A stretch of DNA of 64,000 nt from Eledone cirrhosa (GCA_964016885.1 OZ024762.1:11098001-11162000), one strand, 5' to 3'; counted from the first letter of the stretch, positions 13,454 through 28,240 are shown. The notes: generated from the letters alone by a model not told the origin. Translations and numbers: made by a program.

Positions 13454-13549
13454 ACCCCCTGAGAAGCTCGGCTATTCATATACCAGAATAAAAATGTTCA
13501 TTTAGTCCAGAATTAGCCGTCGAAACGGCTTGAGCTCAGCCATCGGGGT
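13454..13549 (+). ncRNA. Full-length family C hammerhead motif, variant core CTGAGAA
   Basis: acccc-CTGAGAA-(gctcggcta...tagccgtc)-GAAA-cggc ttgagctca gcca-TC|-ggggt. The family C tail follows, ending in (TA)n at ~13643. Confidence 0.55.
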
Positions 13550-13639
13550 CCTACTCGTTCCTATTACCCACTCTACTAACCTAAGTATTGAGTACTTTGG
13601 TGCGTTATGGTCCACCTGGTTCCTTACCACATTTCCTTC

Positions 13640-13676
<37 letters not shown>

Positions 13677-13925
13677 TGTTGTTGTTACAGCTCACACTTA
13701 TGCAGGTTTAGTTGGCCTCCTCCATGGTGTATCTCGTTGGAGGTGTCTTGGGGTAATTTAATGATAGGGACCCAGTTCCTATCATCTCATTTCTACAGCT
13801 GAGTAAACTGGAGCAACGTAAAATAAAGTGACTTGTTCAAGGAAACAACACATCACCCAGTCTGAGAATTGAACTCACAACCTTTCGATTGCAAGCCCAA
13901 TGCTCTAACCACTAAACCATGCGCC

Positions 13926-14042
<117 letters not shown>

Positions 14043-14397
14043 AGCCGAAATACCCGCGCCTTGCAGCGTTTCACACATTTTTTTTAAATAGTAAGAAAAT
14101 GATTGATTTTAAATCAGTGATATAATTTATGGAGAAAAACTCCAATATGGTGTCTTAATATTATTGAAATTTGCTGAAATTTTGTGAATAGGCATCATAT
14201 CTTGTCATTTAACTATGGTTTAAATTTCATATAAATCGAAGGGAAAAAATTTTCGTCGGGGATCCCTTTGATTGAAATGAAATATACTTATCCAAGTACC
14301 CTGAGCAATGAAGTTTTAGAATATATATGGTTATGGGGTCTATCTCCAAAACCATATTCCTCTACCTTTATATAATTAATTGAATTATATTCTTTCT

Positions 14398-14434
14398 AAT
14401 TTCTGATGAAGGGTAAATATCCGAAACGTCTTTT
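14398..14434 (+). ncRNA. Minimal hammerhead motif (stem I degenerate) in a (CA)n-associated family
   Basis: CTGATGA-agggtaaatatcc-GAAA-CG-TC. Downstream tcaagcgttaa.ctaatata is shared with 28783-28862 (minus) and 1801-1845 (minus). Confidence 0.5.
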
Positions 14435-15136
14435 CCCATTTTATCAAGCGTTAAACTAATATATATCATCATTGTAAGGTAATCTCCTGTGTAGTGTTTC
14501 CTCGTTGGCCTTTAACGTCCCCACACAACACACACACATACATGCTCACTTGTACACACACAACACACACACATATATGATCACATGCACACACACTGCA
14601 CACACACACACAACATACATGTACACACACATGCACACACACACATGCACACACACACATGTACACACACACATGTACACACACACATGTACACACACAT
14701 GCACACACACACACACAACACACGCATGCACACACACACATGTACACATATATGCTCACATGCACACACACACACACACATGCACACACACACATGCACA
14801 CACACACATGCACACACACACACGCTCACACACACACACACACACACACACGTACCAACATTGGTTCATCACACTGAAGCCACTTGCTAATGTAAGTCGA
14901 TCATCTGGCTATATTTACAAATGTGTTGACATAGAAATACATATGGTGTGACATTTTTACTGCCATCCACTCCTCACCCAGTAATTTAAGTCCTTGTCTC
15001 CATAATTGTTGGTATCTCGTAAGAGGTGAATCATGATGAAATATACAAGCAAAGGAGTTACAACCAGAGCTGGCGCTATCCTTAAGGACAACTAGGCAGA
15101 GGACTTCAAGGGGACGGACGCATTATCGAAGCTTAA

Positions 15137-17637
15137 CCCTTTACCACTTACATTACTCTATATATACTATTGTATTTTCACAGTAAAGGCTTTACCTCAC
15201 ATAATATCTCACATAATATTTACATTACTCTATATATACTATTATATTTTCACAGTAAAGGCTTTACCTCACATAATATCTCACATAATATTTACATTAC
15301 TCTATATATACTATTGTATTTTCACAGTAAAGGCTTTACCTCACATAATATCTCACATACCACTTACATTACTCTATATATACTATTGTATTTTCACAGT
15401 AAAGGCTTTACCTCACATAATATCTCACATAATATTTACATTACTCTATATATACTATTATATTTTCACAGTAAAGGCTTTACCTCACATAATATCTCAC
15501 ATAATATTTACATTACTCTATATATACTATTGTATTTTCACAGTAAAGGCTTTACCTCACATAATATCTCACATACCACTTACATTACTCTATATATACT
15601 ATTGTATTTTCACAGTAAAGGCTTTACCTCACATAATATCTCACATAACATTTACATTACTCTATATTTACTATTGTATTTTCACAGTAAAGGCTTTACC
15701 TCATATAATATCTCACATAATATTTCCATTACTCTATATATACTATTATATTTTCACAGTAAAGGCTTTACCTCACATAATATCTCACATAATATTTACA
15801 TTACTCTATATATACTATTGTATTTTCACAGTAAAGGCTTTACCTCACATAATATCTCACATACCACTTACATTACTCTATATATACTATTGTATTTTCA
15901 CAGTAAAGGCTTTACCTCACATAATATCTCACATAACATTTACATTACTCTATATTTACTATTGTATTTTTACAGTAAAGGCTTTACCTCACATAATATC
16001 TCACATAATATTTACATTACTCTATATATACTATTGTATTTTCACAGTAAAGGCTTTACCTCACATAATATCTCACATAACATTTACATTACTCTATATT
16101 TACTATTGTATTTTCACAGTAAAGGTTTTACCTCACATAATATCTCACATACCACTTACATTACTCTATATATACTATTGTATTTTCACAGTAAAGGCTT
16201 TACCTCACATAATATCTCACATAACATTTACATTACTCTATATTTACTATTGTATTTTTACAGTAAAGGCTTTACCTCACATAATATCTCACATAATATT
16301 TACATTACTCTATATTTACTATTGTATTTTTACAGTAAAGGCTTTACCTCACATAATATCTCACATAATATTTACATTACTCTATATATACTATTGTATT
16401 TTCACAGTAAAGGCTTTACCTCACATAATATCTCACATAACATTTACATTACTCTATATTTACTATTGTATTTTCACAGTAAAGGCTTTACCTCACATAA
16501 TATCTCACATAATATTTACATTACTCTATATATACTATTGTATTTTCACAGTAAAGGCTTTACCTCACATAATATCTCACATAACATTTACATTACTCTA
16601 TATTTACTATTGTATTTTCACAGTAAAGGCTTTACCTCACATAATATCTCACATAATATTTACATTACTCTATATATACTATTGTATTTTCACAGTAAAG
16701 GCTTTACCTCACATAATATCTCACATAACATTTACATTACTCTATATTTACTATTGTATTTTCACAGTAAAGGCTTTACCTCACATAATATCTCACATAA
16801 TATTTACATTACTCTATATATACTATTGTATTTTCACAGTAAAGGCTTTACCTCACATAATATCTCACATAACATTTACATTACTCTATATTTACTATTG
16901 TATTTTCACAGTAAAGGCTTTACCTCACATAATTATCTCACATAATATTTACATTACTCTATATATACTATTGTATTTTCACAGTAAAGGCCTTACCTCA
17001 CATAATATTTACATTACTCTATATTTACTATTGTATTTTCACAGTAAAGGCTTTACCTCACATAATATCTCACATAACATTTACATTACTCTATATTTAC
17101 TATTGTATTTTCACAGTAAAGGCTTTACCTCACATAATATCTCACATAACATTTACATTACTCTATATTTACTATTGTATTTTCACAGTAAAGGCTTTAC
17201 CTCACATAATATCTCACATAACATTTACATTACTCTATATTTACTATTGTATTTTCACAGTAAAGGCTTTACCTCACATAATATCTCACATAATATTTAC
17301 ATTACTCTATATATACTATTGTATTTTCACAGTAAAGGCTTTACCGCACATAATATCTCACATAACATTTACATTACTCTATATATACTATTGTATTTTC
17401 ACAGTAAAGGCTTTATCTCACATAATATCTCACATAACATTTACATTACTCTATATATACTATTGTATTTTCACAGTAAAGGCTTTATCTCACATAATAT
17501 CGAATCTATGAGATTTGGATATTATTTATTTTGAAAATAATACATTAACGGCAATATGAGCGGCCAGTTACAGCCGGTTTGAACAGAAAGAGGTGAGAGA
17601 ATTCTGGCCGGATATGGCCGGTTTCAATGCCAAAGGG
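15137..17637. mobile_element. piggyBac-like non-autonomous element containing the 72-bp minisatellite
   Basis: TTAA|CCCTTT at 15133-15142 and AAAGGG|TTAA at 17632-17641. Confidence 0.55.
15143..17500 (+). repeat. 72-bp minisatellite, ~33 copies
   Basis: Unit tacattactctatatatactattgtattttcacagtaaaggctttacctcacataatatctcacataatatt, 72-bp period. It produces spurious ORFs. Confidence 0.95.
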
Positions 17638-17671
17638 TTAAGGGATCGCATTTCAATAATCAAATAAAATA

Positions 17672-18580
17672 TGGTTTCTGATTTAGGCAGAAGGCCAACA
17701 ATTTTGTGTGAGAGAGGGGAAAGTCGATTAAATCGACCCAGTGCATTACTGATACTTTATTTTATCGACCCTGTCAGGATGAAAAGCAAAGCTAACCCCG
17801 GTTGGATTTGAACTCAGAACGTAAATGGACGTAACTACATGCCGCAAAGTATTTTATCCGGCGCTCCACCGACTTTACTGTCAATATGTAATGATTTCCT
17901 GCGATCAATAAGTAGATCCCTATATTTTATTTCGGAGAATGTGGTGCATAGCTGAGAGAAGGGGATGCCCGCTGAAGAGGGTTAGCCTAAGGTTCTACAT
18001 ACAGTGCACCGGCACCAACCTTGATTCCATCCGTGGCCAACTCGTCTTTTTAGAAGTATCCAATACTACATTATCGAAAGTATCTTCCCCTCTCACACTG
18101 AGGGTGTGTATATGGTGAGGGAAATTTGGTGTTGTTGTTAGTTGAAACAGTTATGGTGGATTGGCAGAATCAGTATAGTGTCGGATACCATGCTTAGCGG
18201 CATAGAGTTGCGGCTTTTTACGTTCTGCGTTCAAATCCTGCCGAAGCTAGCTTCTTTGCCTTTCATACACTGTACCAGTCATACACTGGAGTCTATTAGT
18301 CGACTTTCCCTATCCCCAAAATTGCTGGCCTTGTGCCAAAATCAGAAACCGTTATTAGTTGAAATTTAGTTTCGGTAGAGCGTCGGACAACATTATTAGC
18401 GGCATAGAGTTACGGCTCTTTACGTTCTGAGTTAAAGTCCTGACGAGGTTAGCTTCTTTGTCTTTTATCCTTAAGGAGTCGATAAAATAAAGTACCAGTA
18501 ATGCACTGCAGTCGATGTAATCAACTTTGCCTATCCCCCCAAAATTGTTGATCTTATGTCTAAATCAGTAACTGTTATTT
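17672..18580. mobile_element. Family 1 SINE copies (17672-17880 -, 18153-18360 +, 18370-18580 +)
   Basis: Same body and tail motifs, diverged. Confidence 0.7.
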
Positions 18581-18904
18581 CTTGCAGGTCAGAAAACCAC
18601 CCAGAGGTCTCCTTCTTCTTCCTTGTTGTCATTTGACGATAGAAGTGCAATAGAATCTAATAACTTCTCTTTTATTATTGACATTTAATAGATATCTTAT
18701 TTCTAACTTCTGGTATTCTTAAAACGTCCTTTCACCTATTTTACAGTTGGGTAACATTTGTCTTTTGGAAGACAAACAGCAACCACAACAACAACCCGGT
18801 TTTATATTGGACTGTGTGGCATTTGGAATATGGTGAGAGAAATATTGGCGTTTTGTAGTTATCAGTGCTCTGTTTTTGTGAAGGTTTTTGGCTTAGTGTT
18901 TAGG

Positions 18905-19230
18905 GAAGGCATGGGCACCCTTTTTCGAGAAGCGGGCCCCGCATGAGATATGGCTCATCATCAGGTGGGCCGCATGAGGTATGACTCATCATCAGGCGGG
19001 TCGCAATCGCTAATTTACATTCGTGCCCACATTAAAAAAAAAAAAAAAAGGTGGTAACTCAGGTTGTTTTGATTTGTTTCTTCAGAATCCGTACACGTTG
19101 TTTTCCTCGATCGTAAAAATGGTAGAAAGATAAATTACGACTGAAAAGTTGGAGTAAAAAAATCAGAAAGATTTCTCTTAAGTGACTTAGGCGAGCCATT
19201 CAGAAAGCTTCGCGAGCCGCAGGTTTCGGG
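18905..19230. mobile_element. Degenerate hAT/Charlie-like MITE
   Basis: ggcatgggcaccctttt start and repeated gcgggccgca-like subterminal motifs. Right end unclear. Confidence 0.4.
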
Positions 19231-19748
19231 TGTTGGGGCTCATAATTGTAAGACCGTGAATTCAATTACTGGGTCGGGTGGTGTTTCACTTCACGCTCTT
19301 CCGGTCCAGTCCACTCAGCTGGAAACAAAAAAAATGAGTTGTGACGACCTTTGCTCTTTCCTTTGGACAAACATCAATGGCGTGGAGAGGGAAGACTTTC
19401 ATGCATGGGCGACTGCTAGTCACCGACAAAAATACCCAGCCCACGGTCATGACGGAAGGAGTCCTATAAGATCTTTGTCTCAATCTTCTTGGTCCCAGTC
19501 TCACTGATTGTTGTTAGCCTTATTTTATTCCAGATTGTTCTGGCTACCCCCATCATGCTTTGTCTCGGATCTCAGTCGGTTACGACGACGAACACTCCAG
19601 TTCGGAACAGGCTGCTCGTGAAATAAATTTACGTGCACGTGACTGAGCATTCCACAGACACGTGTACACTTAACGTAGTTCTCGGGGAGATTCAGCGTGA
19701 CACAGTATGTGACATGGCTGACCCTTTGAATTACAGGTACAACTTCTT

Positions 19749-19789
<41 letters not shown>

Positions 19790-20684
19790 ATTGCCATCTG
19801 AGTGGACTGAAGCAACGTGAAATAAGGACATTTTGTTGAAGGGCCTCAATGCACAACTCTACCCTACAATCAAACACACGACCTAAACCTAACGATTGGA
19901 GGCAGGCGCCTCGTTTGCCTTTAAAATGTGAGGGGGGACAAACCAACATTTGTTGATTCTTAAAGGAGCATAAATTACTTATGGTCCCTTTCCTGGACCC
20001 TATCACATAAGTAAAATTTTACGCTAATTAAATTTTATATATTTAAATGAAGTTCAGATATAAAAATAATAAGCTTAAAAAGAATTTATTATATCAAATA
20101 AACAAAAAATAAAATATAGACGTTTGAAAAAGTGTGTGTGTGGGTGGGTGGGGGTGGGGGTGGGGGGGACTTACCTCCTGGTACCTCCCTGAAACAAGGT
20201 CCTTGGTTCGAGAAAGGGGGGACTTATCTCCTGGTACCTCCTGAAACAAGGCCCTTGGTTTAGGAGAGGACTTGTCCCCTGGTACCCCCTGAAACAAGGC
20301 CCTTGGTTCAGGAGGGGGGACGGACTTGTCCCCAGGTACCCCGCTAAACCAAGTCCCTTGATATGAGGCCAAACACTTTAACCACTTGCCTTCATTGTTT
20401 ATAGCTCAACATTTGTAAACTGAACGAAACAAGGTTTTTCTTTTTTGTTTTATTTTCCTTTTTTATGTTTGTTTTTCTCCCGAGTTCAACTGTTATCTTA
20501 GTCGTCCATATTTGAAAATGTCGATTAGGGAGTTTTTTTTTATTTATTTAATATGTCAAAGTTATTATAGATATACAATTGTTTGATAGTTGGTCACTTC
20601 ACACTCGGAGTTGACCCACTATATATATATAAAAAACGCAAAACAAATTTGATTGGGATGACGAGGGGGGGGGACACCCCGGAA

Positions 20685-21033
20685 GGTGGTGGTAGTGGTG
20701 GTGGTGGTGGTGGCGGTGGTAGTGGTGGTGGTGGTGGTGGTAGTGGTGGTGGTGGTGGTGGTGGTGGTAGTGGTGGTGGTGGTGGTGATAGTGGTAGTGG
20801 TAGTGGTGGTGGTGGTGGTAGTGGTGGTAGTGGTGGTGGTGGTGGTGGTGGTAGTGGTGGTGGTGGTGATAGTGGTAGTGGTAGTGGTGGTGGTAGTGGT
20901 GGTGGTGGTAGTGGTGGTGGTGGTGATAGTGGTAGTGGTAGTGGTGGTGGTGGTGGTGGTAGTGGTGGTGGTGATGATAGTGGTAGTGGTAGTGGTGGTG
21001 GTGATAGTGGTAGTGGTAGTGGTGGTGGTAGTG
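20685..21033 (+). repeat. (GGT/AGT)n trinucleotide microsatellite
   Basis: Direct inspection. Confidence 0.95.
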
Positions 21034-21079
21034 AATTTATTGACAGATCTAATATTTCATGTAAACACACACTCACATC

Positions 21080-21162
<83 letters not shown>

Positions 21163-21260
21163 GTGTGTGTGTGTGTGTGAGTATATATATATATACACAC
21201 ACAATCACAATATATACATACACACATATACATACACACACACACACATATATATATATA

Positions 21261-21310
<50 letters not shown>

Positions 21311-21354
21311 CACATCCACACACAATCACAATATATACATACACACATATACAT

Positions 21355-21388
<34 letters not shown>

Positions 21389-21600
21389 GTGTGTGTGTGT
21401 ATATATATATATACACACACACAATCACAAGCAGACGTAGAGGCACCGACAGCCATACAGACAGAATGACAGACAGGCAGCCATGAACAGGACATCATAT
21501 TTACTGCGATAGGCTGATGGGTAGGACGACTTGACTCTAATTCACGTTTGCTGGCAGGATTGAACACGCAACATGGTAAATATCCATCCATCTATTTATC

Positions 21601-21653
<53 letters not shown>

Positions 21654-21905
21654 CTGTATGTTGAGGAAAAGGAGGAGGAGAGGAAAGGAGTACAAGCTCT
21701 TCGTACTCCTGGAGATGAGGGCTGCACATTTTTTTTCGGGGGTATGTGTTACCCATATAAACTGTCTCCCTCTATTGGGGAAAATCGACTAACTTTTAAA
21801 TTCCATCTGTGATAACATTTTACACGTTTTTATTGTATGTAAACTTCCCCCTTTGTATTTGTCCCCTTCTTTTGTGCCCCTGTGGCTAATAAAGAAATAT
21901 ATCTA

Positions 21906-21963
<58 letters not shown>

Positions 21964-22241
21964 TCTCCATATATATATATACAATACAAGGGCGGTGCCC
22001 CAGCATGGCCTCAGCCGGATGGCTGAAACAGGTAAAAGAGTAATATATTAACAAATGGAAACTATATTTATAAAACCATATTTATTTTATTATACATATT
22101 TCAAGGATATTTCAATACAGATTATATTTCAATACAGATTAGTTTTATAAATAAATATTGACATACCCTGAAAAAAAGACAACCTTAACGGTTGGAGCTT
22201 CCTGGTGTGTCAATATTTAATTATAAAACTAATCTGTATTG

Positions 22242-22307
22242 TATTTTATCTGATGAAAGCGCACCATAATTTGCCTTCGTGGCCCTTGAAATATGTATAA
22301 TAAAATA
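22242..22307 (+). ncRNA. Type I hammerhead ribozyme motif (family A relative)
   Basis: tattttat-CTGATGA-aag..ctt-GAAA-TATGTA-TA|-ataaaata, within inverted-repeat element 22044-22440. Confidence 0.75.
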
Positions 22308-22554
22308 AATATGGTTTTATAAATATAGTTTCCATTTGTTAATATATTGTATATTTACTCCAATAATCTGTTGAGTGCTTTATAGCAGTTATAAAAATAT
22401 TTTTAAGCTTGTTGTATCCCAACAAATTAAATATAATTTGTTGGAAAAAGTAAAAGGAATGCAGAGTGGTCTATGTAAGTATTAGAGCTAAATATTTAAT
22501 GTATAATAAACAACACAGTATAATTACCTCATTGCCAGATATCGATATATATAC

Positions 22555-22603
<49 letters not shown>

Positions 22604-22856
22604 CATATGTATATATATATATTTATATATATGTATCATTTAATTTATTTATTTATTGATATTTTATTTGAGTGACCCGAATCTTCCTGGTCGTTCTTTT
22701 TCGGCTGTACGGGTGATTTTAGGCATAATCTCTATGTGTTGGTAATTTAACGATGGTTATAGCTCTGATTTATCCAAATTATTGAGCCCTCTGCCACACA
22801 TATCGGATATTGTTTATCGTTAATTCGTGAGCTGTTTTTCCGATTCTCGATTATTC

Positions 22857-22940
<84 letters not shown>

Positions 22941-22959
22941 ATTGATCAGTATACACTGA

Positions 22960-23265
22960 GGATGAAAACTTAGAGCTGTATGGGAGCCTCCCAAAAGTCA
23001 GCTCAAAAGTGACACAGAGGAGACTGAGGTTAGCTGGACATGCTCACCGACATCCAGAGTTGACATTGCACTCAGTGCTCCTGTGGGAGCCCCTACATGG
23101 ACACACTGGAAGAGGAAGACCAAGGTTAACGTATGCTGATGCCCTAAGGACAGACACTGGTCTGTTGGAGATGCAGGACATGGCAGCGATGATGAGGGAC
23201 AGAGACCGCTGGAGAGAACTCGGCCATGGATCTCGGGAATTTTACCCGCCTTAGATAGATAGATA
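22960..23265 (+). mobile_element. RTE-clade LINE 3' end with (TAGA)n tail
   Basis: RRLRLAGHAHRH..LLWEP.HG...RGRPRLTY.D..., DRDRWR. Confidence 0.75.
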
Positions 23266-23293
23266 TATATACATATGTATATATGTATATATA

Positions 23294-23339
<46 letters not shown>

Positions 23340-23356
23340 TATATATATTTTTTTTA

Positions 23357-23582
23357 GTATATGTTGGTTGTATACCAACACTTGAGTATGCAGATTGGAG
23401 CACTCGACGAAGTGCGTAGGTTGGTTTGGTTATTCCGGAGTAATGTAAAATAAAATAAAATATATAAGTCAAATGTTTAAAATTTAGCTTCGTTTATTAC
23501 TGTTATATATATTTCGGTGTACATATATATAGCAGTAATAAACGAAGCTAAATTTTAAACATTTGACTTATTTATTTTATTT

Positions 23583-23590
<8 letters not shown>
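23357..23590. mobile_element. (TA)n-flanked fold-back element with ~90-nt tail
   Basis: Arms ~23446-23510 and 23524-23590. The minus arm contains ccGAAA-TATATA-TA (hammerhead 3' half). Confidence 0.65.
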
Positions 23591-24256
<666 letters not shown>

Positions 24257-24356
24257 TAATAAATGAACAGAGAACAAAAAACAGAGGCAGTACAAATGAT
24301 ATGGTTTTTCGTTTCACGTTTGAGAGTGGGGAGGGGTGGATATATATATATAATAA

Positions 24357-24668
24357 ATGTTTCTACTTTTGGCACAAGGCCAGCAATTACTCCAGTGCAT
24401 TACTGGTACTTAATTTTATCGACCCCGTAAGGATGAAAAGCAAAGTTAACCTCGGCGGGATTTGAACTCAGACCGTAAAGGGCCATAACTCTGTGACGCA
24501 AAGCATCGCGTCCGACCATCTACCGATGCTGCCAATCCAGCGATAATAATAATAATAATAATAATAATTGTTTCTACTATTGGCACAAGGCCAGCAAATT
24601 ACCCAGTGCATTACTGGTACTTTATTTTATCGACCCCGTAAGGATGAAAGGCAAAGTTAACCTCGGCG
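24357..24668 (-). mobile_element. Two tandem family 1 SINE copies
   Basis: ggcacaaggccagcaatt...atcgaccccgtaaggatgaaa.gcaaagttaacctcggcg. Confidence 0.8.
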
Positions 24669-24708
24669 TAGAAACGAGATGTCAAAGTATCCCGGTTAAG
24701 TTTATTTT

Positions 24709-24797
24709 GGTGTGACGCGCGTTTCGCGATTGATCAGCTCAAGGTACGATCTGTGTCAATTGCACCTGACTCTGGAATCAATAGCTCCTCAGACACC
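24709..24797 (-). ncRNA. Type I hammerhead ribozyme motif
   Basis: Minus strand: ggtgt-CTGAGGA-gctattgat...atcaatcgc-GAAA-CGCGCG-TC|-acacc. Canonical core, GUC site, palindromic stem III. Confidence 0.85.
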
Positions 24798-24844
24798 TCG
24801 TCCTTACTCATTACTATTATTATTATTACTATTATTATTATTAA

Positions 24845-24883
<39 letters not shown>

Positions 24884-25318
24884 TCTGCTTATAAAGGAGA
24901 CCGACCACAGTATGACACCAAATGTACAACACATATACTATACTAAAACAGACCCATCTATGTATCGAGTGCTCACGGGGCTCAACCCAAAGTAAAATAT
25001 CACAGCTATGTGTATGTATGAATGTATGTATGTATATGTATATATGGCCATCCAAATACTACTTTTTTTATTCCTGCCTGGGTGTGAAAGGCCCCCAGTT
25101 GTTGTCACAACACCTTTCTAAGAGAGGGAAACTTCTGAAAAAAAACTGCGGCTTCGGAAGCATCCGATGATGTTGACCAGTTCTCCTCTTCAGGTAGTGT
25201 TTTCGATGCTCAGAGAGTGGGTCTGCATGAATATTCTCTCAAACTGGCCACCTAGCTAAGGAAACCTCTAGAGTACACACAACCTCTAACTGGATTACCT
25301 AAAACGATAACCTGTAAC

Positions 25319-25381
<63 letters not shown>

Positions 25382-25399
25382 GTATATATATATGTATGC

Positions 25400-25432
<33 letters not shown>

Positions 25433-25944
25433 CCCACACATACCCCCCCCCCCACACACACACACATACATATATATATTACTACATCATTCGTACTTTG
25501 AACCTTGTTGAAATGTTAAGTTAAGCCTCAATGAGTTGAAGATAGGTGTGGTGTAGTGTGGGGTGGTGTAGTGTTTTGTGGTGTAGTGTGGGGTGGGGTG
25601 AGGTGGGAAGTAGTGTGGTGTGATGTAGTATGGTGTGGTGTAGTGTGGTGTAGTGGAGTGTGGTGCGGTGAGCAAAATTTGAAATCAAAATATAAATTGA
25701 GATAAGATATGAGGGAAGTGAGGTGAAAGAAACAAAGTGTGGAAGGTGGGGAAATGAGAGGACTGTGGAAGGTGGGGGAAATGAGGGGACTGTGGAAGGT
25801 GGGGAAATGAGAGGACTGTGGAAGGTGAGAAAATGAGATGACTGTGGAAGGTGGTTTAGTGGTTAGAGTATTCAACTGAAGATCATATGTTGCTTTTGTT
25901 GTTGTTTCAATTACTGGACTGGGTACTGCCTTATGTTCTACACC

Positions 25945-28240
25945 AATGTTGGACGAGGGGACGGCAAAAGGCCAGACAGCATGACTATCTTCTTGTTCCG
26001 CGGTGGTTAACCCCTCATCTGGGATGCCACATACAGCGACACTTTCTCCAGCGGCAACCTGGTGCAGTATGCGAATAACCCAGGCTCTGCTTTACTTCAG
26101 GCCGAGGACAGTAAACTCTCCAAATATCGGCCGCTCTCCGATAAGTTTGCAGTCGAGCTCGTAACAGTAGAGACTTCTGGTGTCCTTGGCCCTAGGACCA
26201 CCTCCCTACTCACCACCATCGGCACTGTGTTAGCTACCCATAGTAGTGGAGACTGCTGGTGTCCTTGGCCCTAGGACAACCTCCCTACTCACCACCATCG
26301 GCACTGTGTTAGCTACCCATAGTAGTGGAGACTGCTGGTGTCCTTGGCCCTAGGACAACCTCCCTACTCACCACCATCGGCACTGTGTTAGCTACCCATA
26401 GTAGTGGAGACTGCTGGTGTCCTTGGCCCTAGGACAACCTCCCTACTCACCACCATCGGCACTGTGTTAGCTACCCATAGTAGTGGAGACTGCTGGTGTC
26501 CTTGGCCCTAGGACAACCTCCCTACTCACCACCATCGGCACTGTGTTAGCTACCCCTAGTAGTGGAGACTTCTGGTGTCCTTGGCCCTAGGACAACCTCC
26601 CTACTCACCACCATCGGCACTGTGTTAGCTACCCATAGTAGTGGAGACTGCTGGTGTCCTTGGCCCTAGGACAACCTCCCTACTCACCACCATCGGCACT
26701 GTGTTAGCTACCCCTAGTAGTGGAGACTTCTGGTGTCCTTGGCCCTAGGACCACCTCCCTACTCACCACCATCGGCACTGTGTTAGCTACCCATTGTAGT
26801 GGAGACTTCTGGTGTCCTTGGCCCTAGGACCACCTCCCTACTCACCACCATCGGCACTGTGTTAGCTACCCCTAGTAGTGGAGACTTCTGGTGTCCTTGG
26901 CCCTAGGACCACCTCCCTACTCACCACCATCGGCACTGTGTTAGCTACCCATTGTAGTGGAGACTTCTGGTGTCCTTGGCCCTAGGACCACCTCCCTACT
27001 CACCACCATCGGCACTGTGTTAGCTACCCCTAGTAGTGGAGACTTCTGGTGTCCTTGGCCCTAGGACCACCTCCCTACTCACCACCATCGGCACTGTGTT
27101 AGCTACCCATAGTAGTGGAGACTGCTGGTGTCCTTGGCCCTAGGACAACCTCCCTACTCACCACCATCGGCACTGTGTTAGCTACCCCTAGTAGTGGAGA
27201 CTTCTGGTGTCCTTGGCCCTAGGACCACCTCCCTACTCACCACCATCGGCACTGTGTTAGCTACCCATTGTAGTGGAGACTGCTGGTGTCCTTGGCCCTA
27301 GGACAACCTCCCTACTCACCACCATCGGCACTGTGTTAGCTACCCATTGTAGTGGAGACTGCTGGTGTCCTTGGCCCTAGGACCACCTCCCTACTCACCA
27401 CCATCGGCACTGTGTTAGCTACCCATAGTAGTGGAGACTGCTGGTGTCCTTGGCCCTAGGACCACCTCCCTACTCACCACCATCGGCACTGTGTTAGCTA
27501 CCCATAGTAGTGGAGACTGCTGGTGTCCTTGGCCCTAGGACCACCTCCCTACTCACCACCATCGGCACTGTGTTAGCTACCCCTAGTAGTGGAGACTGCT
27601 GGTGTCCTTGGCCCTAGGACAACCTCCCTACTCACCACCATCGGCACTGTGTTAGCTACCCATTGTAGTGGAGACTTCTGGTGTCCTTGGCCCTAGGACA
27701 ACCTCCCTACTCACCACCATCGGCACTGTGTTAGCTACCCCTAGTAGTGGAGACTTCTGGTGTCCTTGGCCCTAGGACAACCTCCCTACTCACCACCATC
27801 GGCGCTGTGTTGGCTACCCATTGTAGTGGAGACTTCTGGTGTCCTTGGCCCTAGGACCACCTCCCTACTCACCACCATCGGCACTGTGTTAGCTACCCAT
27901 TGTAGTGGAGACTTCTGGTGTCCTTGGCCCTAGGACCACCTCCCTACTCACCACCATCGGCACTGTGTTAGCTACCCATAGTAGTGGAGACTTCTGGTGT
28001 CCTTGGCCCTAGGACCACCTCCCTACTCACCACCATCGGCGCTGTGTTGGCTACCCATAGTAGTGGAGACTTCTGGTGTCCTTGGTCTTAGGACAACCTC
28101 CCTACTCACCACCATCGGCGCGGTGTTGGCTACTCGCAGGTGTGAGCCTTGGTAGCTGGAATGGCTCTTTCAACGCATCTCCCTCACCATCCTCCGGGAA
28201 ATGTCTTCTCCATTCTGTCCGCCAGGGCGCCAGGTTGTGA
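25945..28240 (+). mobile_element. CRE-like non-LTR retrotransposon 3' fragment (restriction-like endonuclease), interrupted by the 79-bp array
   Basis: Translations KRPD..., LIWDATYSDTF, AEDSKLSKY, VETSGVLGP and, after the array, LEWLFQRISLTILR..SILS. Confidence 0.75.
26168..28133 (+). repeat. 79-bp minisatellite, ~25 copies, derived from retrotransposon endonuclease coding sequence
   Basis: Unit gtagtggagact[g/t]ctggtgtccttggccctaggac[a/c]acctccctactcaccaccatcggcactgtgttagctacccata. Confidence 0.95.

Noticed and set aside
15170-17534. 591-aa and 187-aa His/Tyr-rich ORFs
   Set aside because: 72-bp tandem repeat with TTG starts and a frameshift between them. Not a gene.
20583-21440. Gly/Ser-rich, Pro-rich and poly-Val ORFs
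   Set aside because: (GGT)n microsatellite running into dinucleotide repeats.
25140-25197. Minus-strand CTGAAGA-ggag..cttcc-GAAG motif
   Set aside because: GAAA is mutated and stem I does not pair. Too degenerate to call.
26168-28133. Possible CRISPR-like array
   Set aside because: Units are contiguous and near-identical with no unique spacers, the context is eukaryotic, and there are no cas genes.
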